Shown: in pieces, positions 26,433-40,975 of the stretch
Layout: every line of letters starts with the position of its first letter
Numbering within the stretch: position 1 is the stretch's first letter
Assembly (NCBI GenBank): GCA_964016885.1
Contig: OZ024740.1
Location: 117,738,001-117,802,000, forward strand
Direction of reading: 5' to 3'
Source: Eledone cirrhosa
Taxonomy: Eukaryota
DNA: 64,000 nt
Made by a program: the position numbers and the translations under genes
Notes under the pieces: model-generated
What the model saw: only the letters and a program-made list of their open reading frames with translations
Told to the model about the DNA's origin: nothing
The model's database searches: none

Positions 26433-27350
26433 GGTATCAATTCTAAACAGATGATGACTGCTGAAAGGAAGTCCCTTTGAAATATCCCTTTGTTAACTGG
26501 AATACGCTCAGTTTTTATGCATAGGTCTTTCATTTATATTTGTAGAACTGTTTGCCATCTCCTCATGGCATGTGTTATGAGTGTTTTTATTGTTGGGGAT
26601 ACTTTGTTTAAGGCTAATGTATTCAGAATCAATGTATGTGAAATACTGCAAAAAGCGTTCTGGTAGGGTTTCAATCCATGTCATGCTAAGATTGTTTTGT
26701 TTTTCTCTAGTTTTATGTTATAGCTTTGTTGGCTAATAATTGGTCTTTGCAACTATATGAAACTCCACAGAATCATTTTTCCTCTTCTAGAAACAGGTTG
26801 TGGTTTTGCAAGCGTTTGCTCAGCTTTTGTGATAATATTCAAGTTAAGGTCTCGTAGATTGTACGAAGGCGTGTTTTGGGTTTCCTGTGTCATAATTCTG
26901 GGTGATTGAGGTGTTTTCTCTTTAGTAAGTCAGTCGGGTGTCATTTCCAGTTCTTTCAACATGTAATTAAATATGTTTTAATTATTCCATCTATTCCTGT
27001 TAAATATTTCAACCAGAAGTTTGGAATTTCTTCATATGCCGGTGCCTTTCAGTTGCTTGCTTTTTCAGTTTGTTAGGAACTTTTTCTGTTGTAATGTCTT
27101 CTGATAGATGTTTAGGGGCTATGTCTTTTCCCCCTACTATTCCCGTGCATCACGATCCCTCTGCTGCCTCTTTACTCTCCACTTTTATCTGTATTTTGTT
27201 TCTACTATATTTCTGGTAAAATCTTTTTGGGTTGGAGTTCAATTGGTGGCTTTGTTCAAAAACCTTTTTTTATATATTTTGATCTGCATTCTGTATGTTT
27301 GTTTTAGTGTTAGTATGGTTGCACTGTGTTGCTTACAGTGGTCAAGTCAG
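26433..27350 (-). mobile_element. Decayed R4/Dong-like LINE RT fragment
   Basis: The minus strand gives IKTERIPVNKGIFQRDFLSAVIICLEL, matching GIFQGDSLS of 33007-33330. Upstream RT motifs are frameshifted. Confidence 0.7.
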
Positions 27351-27441
27351 AAAGCTTTTGATTGGTGCCTGACGGCGAGTAGGCTGGTTGCTAGAAAGCG
27401 CAGCCGAATACTGCCTAAAGTTTTACTCAACCTTACGGGAG

Positions 27442-27907
<466 letters not shown>

Positions 27908-28264
27908 TGTTTGTGTGTGTGTCTCTCTCTCTCTCTATATATATGATTTATATATATTCATACACTGAACAAAGACACATGCCAAAGTTTCAAAGTTCCA
28001 AATTTTCCATACCTCCAGAATACAAGCGGCATCAAATTACCGATCTTCCTTCATATATATATTTAGAAAATCTCTCGTGGTTCACCGTTTCTTTGTATTT
28101 AAAAATTTCAACTTCAAGGCAAGGTATTTCGTGTTGGAAAACCAGCGGTCATGTATGCAGGTCCCCTATTCAACGCCACTGATGTTGTCAAAGAGAAGAA
28201 TAAATGCAGATACAGCTTGGCACCAGTGAAGTCGTAGGGGAACTCAAAACGTAAAAGAGTTATG

Positions 28265-28400
28265 AACTAATACTTTATTTATCAGCCGCGAAAGGATGAA
28301 AGGCAAAGTTGACACTAGTGAGATTAGAGCTCTGTACAGAGAGCCGAAGCAAATGCAACACGGCCTTCTATTACAACACTCTAACGACTTTGCCAATTTG
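28265..28400 (-). mobile_element. Degenerate SINE family A
   Basis: tactttatttatcagccgcgaaaggatgaaaggcaaagttgac...ctaacgactttgccaat. Confidence 0.65.
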
Positions 28401-28639
28401 ACAACAACAGGAATAGGAATATATCATGAATCAACGACAAAAGGTTAAATTTAATCGATATAAAACATTAAACGTATGACAAAAACAACAGTAAAATAAT
28501 TTGAAATCGTAAATTCAAAGACATCTACAAACTTGCTTATTGACCTAACTCATTTATGATGCATACACATACACACACACATACAGACACACATATAAAC
28601 AAATAAATATATATATATAAATAAACACACACACACACA

Positions 28640-28710
<71 letters not shown>

Positions 28711-29149
28711 TAGTATATACAAACGCACCAGAAGTAGAGTAAATGATTTATTACTGAAAGTTTCTTGTTTTGGTTCATCCGTCGTTTTGGTTCACCATAA
28801 GGGTTACGAATAAACAGTTGGGTTTTGCAAAAAGAGAAAAAGAATTTAATTCATTTTATCTATTTAATTGGTTAGTTGAAATAATGGAATAGCGATACGG
28901 TCACAAGGCATGATAATTAGTTGCGATATAAGCGGGCTTCTACCGGACGGATAAGTGGCTCTGGACCAACAACGGTAAATTACCGAGGGAGATGGAGAAA
29001 TCGGTGACACTGTTAGCTCCCAAAAGAACTCTCACAACCTAGTGATGTAGTTATGACGAGGCGAGTAAAAGACGCTGCTAAAAAATTCTAGTCTGCGCAA
29101 GTCTGGGAAAAGTTCCAAATAATAAACTGGCGCGAATAAGACCAACAAA

Positions 29150-30760
29150 ACATTGAAATATGACTGGACACAATAAAGGAATTTATACCACACCGTTCAT
29201 CATGCGGGATAACAATGAACGGGTTGAAGCCTTAGATAGAGGGGCTTTTCCAAAAATACATTGCAGTCTCCATCCAACGTTGCAAGAACTAGCAATGAGC
29301 TTAGGACATGTCCTGTGAAGCGTTGGATAGTTACAGAACGGTTACGTATCCAGAGACGCCAAACATCTGTGGCACCATAAATGACTGTACATACATGAGT
29401 GGAGATAGTAACAAGCATCTAGTTCTTAGAATGTGTTATGGACTGGATCGCATTGGGAAGGAGGATTTCCTTCTTGAAGCTCAGGCTGATAAAAAGGTCT
29501 CTGTGGGTGGCGCATGTTTATGAGAGTCTGAATACAGATCCTTCCTGGATGCAGTCACTACAGCGTTTGATGTAATTAAAACTGAGTCATATATTCTAAT
29601 GGGATATTTCAATGCATATGCTAGGATTCAACAATTGACATGGAAATGAGTGATTGGAAGGAACGGTGATCCCGATCTAAATGTGATTGGAGGGGCCTCA
29701 TTAGACTTCTATTCTATTAATGAGCTTCTATTCTATTAATGATTTTGTTATTGTCTTCGATCTGTTTGATTCTGTGCTGGATGTTCATGTTCAAAGAAGG
29801 GAGGAGCTATCAAGTGATCACCATCTAGAACCTGAGACTACATAAAGCCAAGAAAGCTCACAAATCTTGCATGTACGGCTCGACTTACAGTATAAGGTAG
29901 GAAGCGTTGGCGGATAGGGAAGTGAGCACCAGGTATGCAGATACTATTGCATCCAAATACAGAGAACTCCCAGAGAAAATTGAATAAGTTGAACGGAGTG
30001 GAAACTGTTCATCTCAGCACTTTCTGCTTCTGCTGTTAAATGTTGTCGGCAAAAGAGGCTTGATGTGGCGCTGAGTGCGAGGATGACGCCTTGGTTCAAG
30101 CAAGAAGTCAAAGATGCTATTGAAGCATAGAAACAGGCTTACAAAGCTTTCCTTTGATATATGTCCTCCTTCGTGCACTTGCGGTACAAGCAGGCGCGAA
30201 AAGCCGCAGCAGAGATAGTAAAGGTTTCCAAAATTAAGATATGGGAAAACGTTCGGATTAAGCTGTAATATGACTTCAGATCAACATATAAGGTATTCTG
30301 GCAAACTAGCCGCGGACTTCGAAATAAGAAGTCCTCCCCAACATCTGCTATCAGGAAAGCACCTGCGGTTCTCTTTTCTCCAGAGAGGTGCATTCTCGCG
30401 ATGTGGAGAGAATACTTTGCTGATCTAAACCCATTCACAACAGCATGAGATGCTTCTGGCATCGATGACTAACCTCTCGAGGGTTGATGTCTCCAAAGCA
30501 TTTAAACCGCTGAAATGTAACAGATGGGGAATTTCAAGAATCTCGGGTCTGTGTTCACAAATGATGGAAAACAGGAGGCTGAATTATATGCATTTGGTCA
30601 TCAGAAGAATGGAGGTAGGTGTAACAGACAAATTCCACAGGGTAAAGACTGACATTATTTTAGATATATGTATCATATTTACTAGAGGCGGCGAATTGGC
30701 AAAGTTGTTAGAACGTATGATAGAATGCTTAGCAGTATACATTCCGGCTCTCTGCTCCCT
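29150..30760 (+). mobile_element. Decayed RTE-clade (Expander/Rex3-like) LINE, APE region
   Basis: Broken frames give ILMGYFNAYA, VIGRNGDPDLN, EELSSDHHL, TPWFKQEVKDAI and ILAMWREYFADL. Confidence 0.7.
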
Positions 30761-31038
30761 GAATTGAAATATCCGCGAAGTCAATTTCGCCTTACAGCCA
30801 TTCAAGGTTGATAAAAAAGTACCCGTCATGTACTGGGGTTGGTTCCTCCTCTATATGTTTTCCTGACTTCCATTTTCTCACTCTCTATCCTTCCCTGGTA
30901 AGAATATGGTGTATTGAGACTCGGAGAGATGAGCTCCCCAACGTATTAAACAATGCTCTAAAAACACCGCACCACTTCTCAGGAGCTCCAGAACCATGCA
31001 TGCGCCATATTTACTAGAATACTTACGCCTGCGCGCAC

Positions 31039-31129
<91 letters not shown>

Positions 31130-31132
31130 AGA

Positions 31133-31184
<52 letters not shown>

Positions 31185-31644
31185 GTTTGATGCTGTATGA
31201 TGTTGGTCTATAGCTCTCCTTTCGTATTACTGACTCTTCAAACAGTTATACAGTGGCTGCCGAACATGTAACACAAGGAAAACTCCAGAATCACAGGCCA
31301 TTGGATTACACTTAATAAACCATTTGTCTCTATTATGCTACTGTGTGTTTATTCCTCAGTTCTACAATACACACTCACACATGTATGTACGTATGTATGC
31401 ATGTGTATGTATGTATGTATGTTCTTCTGGTTTTATAATTTCACAAAGTTTTACCAATAGAGAGAGAGAGTCGGTTCCTAACATAGACACAAGACTCTCT
31501 CATTGGAATTTACACAACATCAACTAGGTAGATATGTATGTATGCATGTGTAGATATGGATGTTATTGTATGTGTGGATGTGTATGTTTTGAGTTGTATG
31601 TGTGCATGTGTATATGCTTTGCATCTGTACATGTGTATATGCAG

Positions 31645-34570
31645 TTATTAGATGCAACGTTTTTGGAATGTTTTACATATTTTTACTGTTCCATTAATGG
31701 ATTCTACTTGTAATTTCCTAACTAGTGTTCTTTCTGTTCCTGTGAAGCCTAGCTTCTCAAGATTTTTATTGAAGCAGTTACTAACATATCCCAGTGCCCC
31801 AATAATCACAGGCATACATCTGAAGGTGTAATCAGGGTGGAGTATCTGCAGATTTCTAATCAGTTCTGCATAAATATTCTCCTTTTCGCTAATCTTTGAT
31901 ATTATATTGGCATCTGCTGGGCAGCTAATTTCCACTACTGTGCATGCTTTCTTCTCCCTGTCCCATATCATAATATTTGATCTGTTATTGGGGTTTTTAC
32001 TGGAACATTCCACCAGTACTCTTCCACATTGCTGTAGATTTAATGTGTTTATTATCGGGGCTATCTTTTTTACGAACTTCATTGTACAGTATTTTGGCCA
32101 CTACATCATGCCTCATAGGTAGATAGTACCGCGATGACATCTTTGGACAGCTGCTGATGACATGGGTGATATCCTCGATGTTAGTTCTGCAGAGTCTGCA
32201 CTTGTTATCACATCTAGGTGTTTTGCCTGCATCCCTATCTCTTTTGTGAATCAGGTATTTCGTGTTAATCTCCTGTTCTTGGATTGCAAAAGCGTATCCT
32301 TCAAAGTGGGAGCCAATATAGCAGTTGTTGGTCCAAGATAGACTGCTTTCCTTATCTATATTACTCTCAATCTGGAGCTTTCTGGCAACATATCCATGCA
32401 TGATATTTTGCTGATAAGTATGTAGTTTTTCATCCATGGATTCACTGCGATACTGCTGAGCGACTTCCCTGGGTGTGAGTTTTGATTATCACACAGGGAA
32501 TATCTCTCGAGGAGTTCCTTCCCAACTCTCATGATCTTATCTGTTTCATGCAGATACACTTGCTCGAGAAACGGGCTCCTACGCTTCGAGGTTCGTAGAT
32601 GACGGAGAGATATGATGCGACATTTAAATGTTGTCTGGACTGATGTTAGGCCTCTGCCTCCCTGCTTATGTTTCAAGTAAAGGCGGTCTATGTCACTGTT
32701 GATGTGGAAGTTTCCGGTATTGTTTAGTATTTTTCGAGTTCCAATATCAACTGCTCGGATTTCGTCTATCGTCCAACTGAGTATTCCAAACGTTGGTGTT
32801 AGGATAGGCACAGCAAACACATTGTGAGCCAGTTTTGTTTTGCGCAGAGAGTTCCGATGACCAGATCTTTCTTAATCGGGTGTAGTATTCCCTGGTTACG
32901 CATTCTTTATTACATATTATAGAATATGTTTTCATCTATCCCCAGGTATCTGTAGCAGTGCTCATCAGATATCGGTGAAACAGTGAGGCCATTGAAGACA
33001 ATGTTGCTAGCTAGATTGGGTTGTTGTTTTTCCCCGCTTTACAGTCATGTATGAGCATTTATCTTGGCCAAACTCCATTCCTATATCCTTTGAGAATGTT
33101 GTAACCAGGTCAAGATTTTTCTTCATCCCATCCATGTTCTTGGCATAGAGTTTCAGATCGTCCACAAAGAAATTATGGGTTAGGTTCGTATTTCTGTCCT
33201 CCTGTGAGCCAATGATGTATCCCTCACATTTCTTGAGCAGAAACGACAAGGGATTTAATGACAAGATGAATAATATCACAGAGAGACTGTCCCCCTGAAA
33301 TATACCCCTGCAATATTTTATTTTATCAGTGAAAATAGAGTCCTCCCTCTCTGTCTTTAACCTTAGGATAGTAGCTCAAGAAGAAGACAGTCTCTCTATG
33401 GCTCTGACAATAATGTCTGGGACTTTAGCAAGTTGGAGGGCCTCTATCAACCAAGAGAATCGAAAGCTTTCCTGTAGTCCAGCCAGACTGTAGCCATATT
33501 CCTCCTAAGTTGTCGCACCTTCGACATATTTTCCCAGTGATCTTGGAGGAATAGGTCCAGGCAGGCTGTATACATCTTATACATTAGGTTCTGGCATGCA
33601 ATGGGTCGGTAGTTTTTGCCAAGTGGGTGTCTTTGTTCTTGTGCTAATTTCAACCATTTTGTATAAGTGTATCTCCCTTAAGAACTTGTTGGTAGATGTC
33701 AGTAAGATACCTCCGATAGAATATCAGTTTTTTGTACCAGTAGCCGACAATCATGTCTCTTTTTGGTGTTTTCTTATCTTGGAGTTTTCCTATCACAGTC
33801 TCAAGGGTACCCTCACTTATTTCTTATGTTTTTGTTGTAGTGTAGGAGCAATAATTCTTTCGGATTTCTCTTAGCCACACTGCATCTTGGTTGAAATTCT
33901 TCTTTTCACCCTATATTTTGCTCCAAAAGGAATCTATGTCTTTCTGGGATGGGGCCTCAGTGACACTTATTATTTTGCCCTTCATATCTCTATAGACTGA
34001 TGTTTGGTTTCGTCTGAATCTTTTATTAAGCACTTTTCTCTCATCTACCTTCTTCAGGTATCAGCGTTTTTCGCTAACAGCTCTCAATTCTTGTTTGAGG
34101 GTGATCAGCTTATATTGGAGAGTTCTGGTTCTACTGTTACCAAACATCGTCTCTATTTTATTTTTCACTCTTTGTTGGTGAGGAGTGAGGTTTTTTGTGT
34201 TTGTTTGCATGTAATGAGCATTGTCACATATCCTATGTTTTTTCGTACGTCAGCAATCTTTTTTTCTATTTTAGTTATATATGATGGTATTTTTGGTGGT
34301 GTTCTGTTCTTGTTAATATCTCTGCTATCATCAAGATAATGCTTCACTGTCGTTGCTAAGGCATATAAACAGGCGTTGATTTGCCAAAATGTTGGGTTTT
34401 TTATCCGTCGTAAATATTCATCACCTATTTCGTCAATAACACGTAATATTTCATTAATTGTTTTTTTTTTTATTAAACATTGTCGTTTTAATACGTTCAG
34501 CCAGATAGATATTTATACATGAATTAATTTCTCTCTGGAAGATTTCGTTGAGCGAAAATTTCAATTGTTT
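31645..34570 (-). mobile_element. R4/Dong-like non-LTR retrotransposon (RT, CCHC finger and restriction-like endonuclease), pseudogenised
   Basis: NYRPIACQN, WLDYRKAFDS, GIFQGDSLS, FFVDDLKLY, GGRGL, CRLC..EDITHVISSC..RHD and the RLE segment IWDREKKACTVVEISCP. Confidence 0.92.
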
Positions 34571-34589
34571 TTACTTTTGATTATTATCA

Positions 34590-34781
34590 GGGCGGTGGAT
34601 TGGCAGTATCGGTAGCGGGTCGGACGCCATGCTTTCCAGCATAGTTACGTCCCTTTACCATCTGAGTTCAAATCCCGCCGAGGTTGACTTTGCCTTTCAT
34701 CCTTACGGGGTCGATAAAATAAAGTACCAGTAATGCACTGGTAATTGCTGGCCTTGTGCCTAAAGTAGAAACAATTATTAT
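34590..34781 (+). mobile_element. SINE family A, young full-length copy
   Basis: A box tggcagtatcggt, B box gagttcaaatcc, Meta-like central domain, 3' ccttgtgcctaaagtagaaac plus (ATT)n. Confidence 0.92.
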
Positions 34782-34994
34782 CATTATCGATAGTATTTTC
34801 CACAACAGTCGAGGTAGAATCGGATGGTACACGTGGTGTCAAATTTCTTCGATTATTATTATTATTTCTTCGATTATTATTATTATCGATAGTGTTTTCC
34901 TAGCATTTTTTTCCCAATTCAATGATGTTCCAGAACAATATAAAAGAGATAATTGGCAATTTAGCTTCTGGAACAAAAAAGATAATTGGCAATA

Positions 34995-37900
34995 AGGGCA
35001 GGGGCCCCAGGTAATCACAGCCTGGGCCCGCTCGTCATCGTGCCATTGTAATAGAGTCAAATAAGGCATTTAGTCTTGGTTGCTGGAACGTACGGACACT
35101 GCTTGACAGGGATTCCTTGGAGCGTCCTGAACGAAGGACCGCTCTTGTTGCAAAGGAGCTTCGACGTTACGATCTTGACATCGTGGCTTTGTCTGAGACG
35201 AGGTTAGCTGGAGATGGTCATCTTACAGAATTTTGTGGAGAATATACATTCTTCTGGAAAGGAAGAGATGAAGGAACCAGAAGAAAGGCTGGGGTAAGTT
35301 TTGCTGTTAAGACTGTTCTTGTGAATAAATTAGAAGAATTCCCAGTAGGGATTAGTGAGCGTCTTATGTCCATGAGAATTCCGCTGGACAAAGGAAGATA
35401 TGCGACCCTGGTTAGTGTGTATGCTCCAACTATGAATTCTGTCGATGAAGAAAAAGTGTCCTTTTACCATGCCTTGAAAGGTGTTTTAAGAAATATCCCT
35501 CAGGCAGACAAAGTCATCGTGCTTGGTGACTTTAATGTTAGAGTGGGTAGGGATTTTAACACATGGAATGTAATCGGAAGGCATGGGGTGGGAAAGTGTA
35601 ACAATAATGGTATGCTCCTGCTGCAGATGTGTGAGGAGCTGGATCTGTGTGTTACCAACACCATGTTCCAACAAAAGAACAAATTCAAGACCACATAGAT
35701 GCATTCTGCATCTAAGGAATGGCATCTTTTGGACTACGTCCTAGTCAGGATGCGTGACAGACAGGATGTGCAGTGTGTTCGTGCTCTTAGTGGAGCTGAG
35801 TGCTGGACGGACCACCGCCTGGTACGCGCAAAAGTGAAACTAATCACTAAACGTAAAATCCGGGCTCCTGGTGTTGCCCTGCCCAAAAGATTGAATGCTG
35901 CTCGTCTTAAGGATAAAAATGTGAAGAGGACATTGGAAGAAGAGATGCAGGCTGCAGATATTGGTGAGGATTGGCCGACCCTTAAAATGTCGGTTTATGA
36001 TGTAGGCAGGCGTGTTCTGGGATTGGTGCAGGGAAAACATCAGGACTGGTTTAATGAGAATGATGTACATATAGAAGACTTGTTGGCTGATAGGAGGCGT
36101 GCTCTGTCACGCTACTTGACGGCAAAACCACAGGAGAGGAATACGATGCATGAGGAACTCAAGGATGTAAAATCACGTGTTAGGCGGTGTCTTTCTCAGA
36201 TGAAGGATCAGTGGTGGAGTGAGAAGGCTGGTGAGATACAAACTGCGTCAGATTCCAATAACACAAAGAGGTTTATGGACCGTTTTATTCTCTGGTGACA
36301 CCGCTTCGCAGCAAGGATGGCAAATAACTTCTTCGTGACTCACAAGGAATTCTACGAAGGTGGCGAGAGCACTTTGATGATCTTTTGAATCACCCGTCTG
36401 TCGTCAATGAAGATATCCTCAATCTCATTCCAGAAAGTCCTGTGAAAGTAGCTCTCGCAGAACCTCCGACGCTTGTGGAGCTTGCAGTGGCTATCTCGAA
36501 GCTGAACAGTGGAAGATCTCCAGGTATGGATGGCATACATGCTGAGCTCCTACAATATGGTGGTGAGAGACTCCTGCAACATCTTCACTCTTTGTTTGGC
36601 AGGATATGGGCTAATGAATCCGTACCTGAGGACTGGAGAGATGCAGTAATGGTGGTCTTGTACAAGGGAAAGGGTAACATGAATGATTGTGGGAACTAAA
36701 GAGGTATATCATTGCTTTCTGTCGTAGGGAAAGTTTTATGTAGGGTGCTTCTGGACCGTCTGCTGACACACATTGTAGATTGTGTTCTTCCTTAAAGTCA
36801 ATCTGGTTTTCGTGCTGGACGCGGCACTACTGATATGATCTTCTCAGCTAGACAGCTCCAGGAGAAGTGCATGGAACAAGGTTTGGATCTGTATCAGGTT
36901 TTTGTCGATCTGACAAAAGCTTTCGATACTGTTAACAGAAATGCATTATGGAAGGTTCTTCAGAAACTTGGTTGGCCTGATAGGTCTTTCCATGACGACA
37001 TGAAGGCTTGGGTTAATGTCGGAGGTAGCATGTCAGAGCCTATCTCAGTAAAAAAATGGAGTGAAACAGGGGGATATTCCAGCACCGACCCTGTTTGCCA
37101 TATACTTAGCAATGGTTTTCTGTATTGCATTCAGGAATTGCGAGCATGGTGTTTACATCCGATATCGAACCTCAGGCAGCATATTTAACATCAGGCGCTT
37201 TGCTGCAAAGACAAAAGTATTTACATCAATCATAAGAGACCTGTTGTATGCAGATGATTGCGATCTTGTAGCGCACACAGAGAGTGATATGCAGCACATT
37301 TTGAATGCATTTTCTGACGCTTGCACTGCCCTAGGATTGACTGTCAGTCTCAAGAAAACCGTCGTCATGTACTAACCTGCCCTGGTAGGCAGTACAGCTC
37401 TATGTGTGACAGTATAGAAACTCTTGTGCTTAAGCAACGACTCCGTTGGAGTGGCCACCTTGTCAGGATGAATGATTCTAGAATACCAAAACAACTCTTT
37501 TATGGAGAGTTAGTTGAAGGAAAACGACCGCCACATAAACCAAAAAGGAGGTATAAGGATTCCTTGAAAGCCTCTTTGAAAGACGCTAACATCTCTGCTG
37601 CTAGATGGGAAAATATTGCTGCTGATCGTAATAAATGGAGAAAGACTGTATATGAGGGAAAAGTTGCCTTTGAGGCATCTCGAATCGCATACGAGAAAGT
37701 AAAGCGGGATGTGAGGAAGGGCATTGCTGTTGCACTTCCAGACGGAGAGGGTCCTCCTATGGTGCTGACACGCAGCGTCTGTGCGAGACTCTGCCTAAGC
37801 AAAGCTGGACTCGAAAGTCATTTTCGCAGTCATAAAGTAAGGCCAGTGGTTGACTACCAGGCTGCTGTTGGAGATGCTACTCATCATGCTTGCCAAGCAT

Positions 37901-38065
37901 GTGGTAGAGAATGTAAATCAGCAGGAGGGCTCTAGCGACATGCAAAAGTACATGAACTCCAACCACAGCCGGCTATTCCCAGTGAATGTTTTGGTTGCCG
38001 ACTCTGTGCAAGACATTTTAGATCATTGGCTGGGCTAAAAAGCCACTTTCGATAGCAGCGCTGTT
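34995..38065 (+). mobile_element. RTE-clade LINE (APE, RT and C-terminal C2H2-like fingers) with stops, frameshifts and an internal deletion
   Basis: WNVRTLLD, DIVALSETR, LGDFNVRVG, WTDHRL, FVDLTKAFD, KQGD..PTLF, LLYADD, RLRWSGHLVRM. Confidence 0.95.
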
Positions 38066-38399
38066 AGTTCCTATCGTGTGTGTGTGTAGAGAGGTATGTT
38101 TGTGTGTGTGCGTATATGTATATATATATTATTACTGCTGTTGTTGTCGTTATTATTATTGTTGTTATTATTGTTATTAATATATATGTATATATATGTA
38201 TATATATATATATATATATGTGTATATATATATATATTTTTTTTTTTTTTCTCGTGCAATGGCCATACTCGATAACGAGGGGGCAGCCATCATGTATGTA
38301 TGTATGTATGTATGTATGTATGTATGTATGTATGTATGTATGTATGTATGTATGTATGTATGTATGTATGTATGTGTGTATGTACATTTGTATGTGTGA

Positions 38400-38668
38400 A
38401 AGCGCGTGACTTTGTGGTTAAGGTATTCGGCTCACAATCGTAAGGTTGTGAGTTCGAGCCCCATTGCTTCAGTCATTCTGATGACAAAAATAGCTGTACC
38501 AAGTACCAGCCTTCACACGTTCAGTGTCACGCTGAATCTCCCTGAGCAGTACGTTAAGTGTTCGCGTGTCTGTGGAATGCTCAGCCACTTGCACGTTAAT
38601 TTCACGAGCAGGCTGTTCCGTTGATTGGATCAATTGGAACACTTATCGTCGAAACCGACTGAGTGCCT
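38400..38668 (+). mobile_element. tRNA-derived SINE (family B)
   Basis: tRNA-like head gtgactttgtggttaaggtattcggctcacaatcgtaaggttgtgagttcgagccc; body shared with 1-100 and 18000-18160. Confidence 0.8.
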
Positions 38669-38794
38669 GTCTCATTATCATGTATGTATGTATAGAGAGA
38701 GACTTTGACAGTTCGACACCAGGCAAGAAATAGTGGTTTCCTCTCAGTTGGGAATCTTCCAACTAATACAGCCTTAGGGAGCTGGAGATGATAT

Positions 38795-38878
38795 AATTGT
38801 TTCTACTTTTGGCACAAGGCCAGCAATTATACCAGTGCATTACTGGTGCTTTATTTTATCGACCCCGTAATGATGAAT
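38795..38878 (-). mobile_element. 3' fragment of SINE family A
   Basis: taattgtttctactttttggcacaaggccagcaattataccagtgcattactggtgctttattttatcgaccccgtaa. Confidence 0.85.
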
Positions 38879-39974
38879 AAAAGTTGTTATATAATGTTCT
38901 AGGATAGTATGTGTAGGTTAATAATCTTTTCTGATATGGGTATGCTAGTTTATTTTATGCATGCTCATTTTTTATTTGATTTTTCGATTTGGAATGAAGG
39001 AATTTAAATTTTTAATCGAGTTATTTGGTCATTGCTAGGTCTGTTTATGTGAAATCATGCTTGTATATGTGCATGTATGTCAGTGAGTGTTCATTAACGT
39101 GGTAGATAGAAAGCAGATTTTATATATTTTTCTTTGAAAATCAACATGAAATGTTTTTCTTTCTTTTGGTGTTATCTTAGATGGGTTAAGGGTGCAGTCG
39201 GTGATTTTTAAAAGAAAGATTATATTAACTTTTTGGTGAATGTGTGTATGCACGCTTATAGGAAAGGGGAATTCAGTAAAACGTAATTTAAAGGAATTAA
39301 AGAATAACAAAGTGTAGAAAGCGTAATGGATGTCAAATGGTGATATGTAGCATAGACGTTGAGATTAGAATTCACGTTTCACTAAAAAAGGCGAAGTTCG
39401 GTGAGGCTTTTAGGGTGAGAGCGTCTGTGTGTCCATGAGATATATATATATATAGAGAGAGAGGATGTATATGTGTGTGTGCGTGTGTGAGAGAGAGGTG
39501 GGGGGGGGGGGGAGAAAGTTTGAGTGCGAATGGAAAGCAATTTGGCTTAGCAGTCATGGGTATTTTTTAGGGATAAAATGTTTTTCACATGCACACAAAA
39601 GTATATATATACATTCATGCATAATACAATAATTTATATATGCATACATACATTATTTTCTTTTTATGCGCGTGAGAAAAACACTTTATCCATAAAGATA
39701 TAACCATAACTACTAAACCCAAAACTCTTTTCCATTCACACGCAAACTTTTTCTCTCTCTCACACTCTCTCACTTTCACGCTCTCTGTTCCTTCCTCTTC
39801 TCACGCTCTATCTTTCTATTCTGTCTTTTATTTATCAGTTTATCTTCGGGTGTTGGGCTAATGTCAGAAAACTAAAGCTGTTTTCCTACTATATGAAGCG
39901 TAAAACTAACATATTTCTTCATTGTAATCTGTTGTCTGCTTTGTTGTTTCCATTTACGTTTTGCATTTCTTTCT

Positions 39975-40245
39975 CTTCGTCGTCGTCGTCTTCTTCTTCT
40001 TCTTCTTCTTCTTCTTCTTCTTCTTCTTCTTCTTCTTCTTCTTCTTCTTCTTCTTCTTCTTCTTCTTCTTGAGAAGGTCGTGGGGTAGAGTCCTAAAATA
40101 CTTCTTCCAGCGGATCCTGCCAGAATTAACCGTTTCCAACTGATCCGGCTGGATCACAAAGCGAGACCATCTTGCTCGGTATTTACCCACTGGGTCTCCT
40201 GTCACATGGTTTGGTTCGTACAATCTGTCCAGCGATTCTTTCTTT
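39975..40245 (-). mobile_element. 3' end of RTE (Expander-like) LINE with (GAA)n tail
   Basis: The minus strand gives GDPVGKYRARWSRF...WKKYFRTLPHD then (GAA)n, similar to the end at 61402-61680. Confidence 0.65.
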
Positions 40246-40316
40246 TTGCATATATATATATATATATATATGATATTAAATAAATGGAAACTATATTTAT
40301 AAAACCATATTTATTT

Positions 40317-40372
40317 CGTTATATATATTTCAGGGATATCATATTAACAATATGTTATGCCTTCTTCAGACA
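40317..40372 (-). ncRNA. Minimal type-I hammerhead ribozyme
   Basis: Reverse complement reads tgt-CUGAAGA-agg...cct-GAAA-tatata-UA-acg. Confidence 0.75.
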
Positions 40373-40975
40373 AAATACAATATAAACAGTCTTATAAATA
40401 GATACGACATACCTTTCAATCACCTTGCATTTGGGAGGTTGATTTGGCAGTAAAAAATATTGTGGACAGTTGTAAAAAGAAAGAGAGAAAGAGAGAAAGA
40501 AAGAGAAACGAAGAAAAAGAAGAAATGCATGTGACTAAATAGAGAGATATAGAAAGATAGATAAAGAGAAGAACTTCATGTAAAGAAACAGAGAGAAATA
40601 TATATAGAGAGAGGAAAAAAGAAAGAGATAGATAGAGATAGATAGAGAAACTAGGAAGTTGAGTATCGGTTGATACATTTATTTATTTATTTATTTATTT
40701 ATTTAGCACTAGTATTAATGTAAAGAGAGATGTATGTAGTTAAGAGAGAAAATAGCCGTTATATAGAGAGAAAAAAAAAGAGAAAATGAAACATAACGAG
40801 GCAGAATTTAAAACCGCTATGTTTTATCCCGTAGAAAATATTAGTTTGTATAAAACAGGCATTATAATGTAAATACCAGTATTTTTTTACTGCCAAATCA
40901 ACCTCCCAAATGCAAGGTGATTGAAAGGTATGTCGTATCTATTTATTTATTTATAAGACTGTTTATATTGTATTT

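Noticed and set aside
34997-35050. HDV-like ribozyme at the 5' end of the RTE element
   Set aside because: Only a simple GC hairpin is visible, and I could not build the nested pseudoknot.
38400-38470. tRNA gene
   Set aside because: The tRNA-like head lacks a proper acceptor stem and continues into a dispersed repeat body, so it is a SINE.
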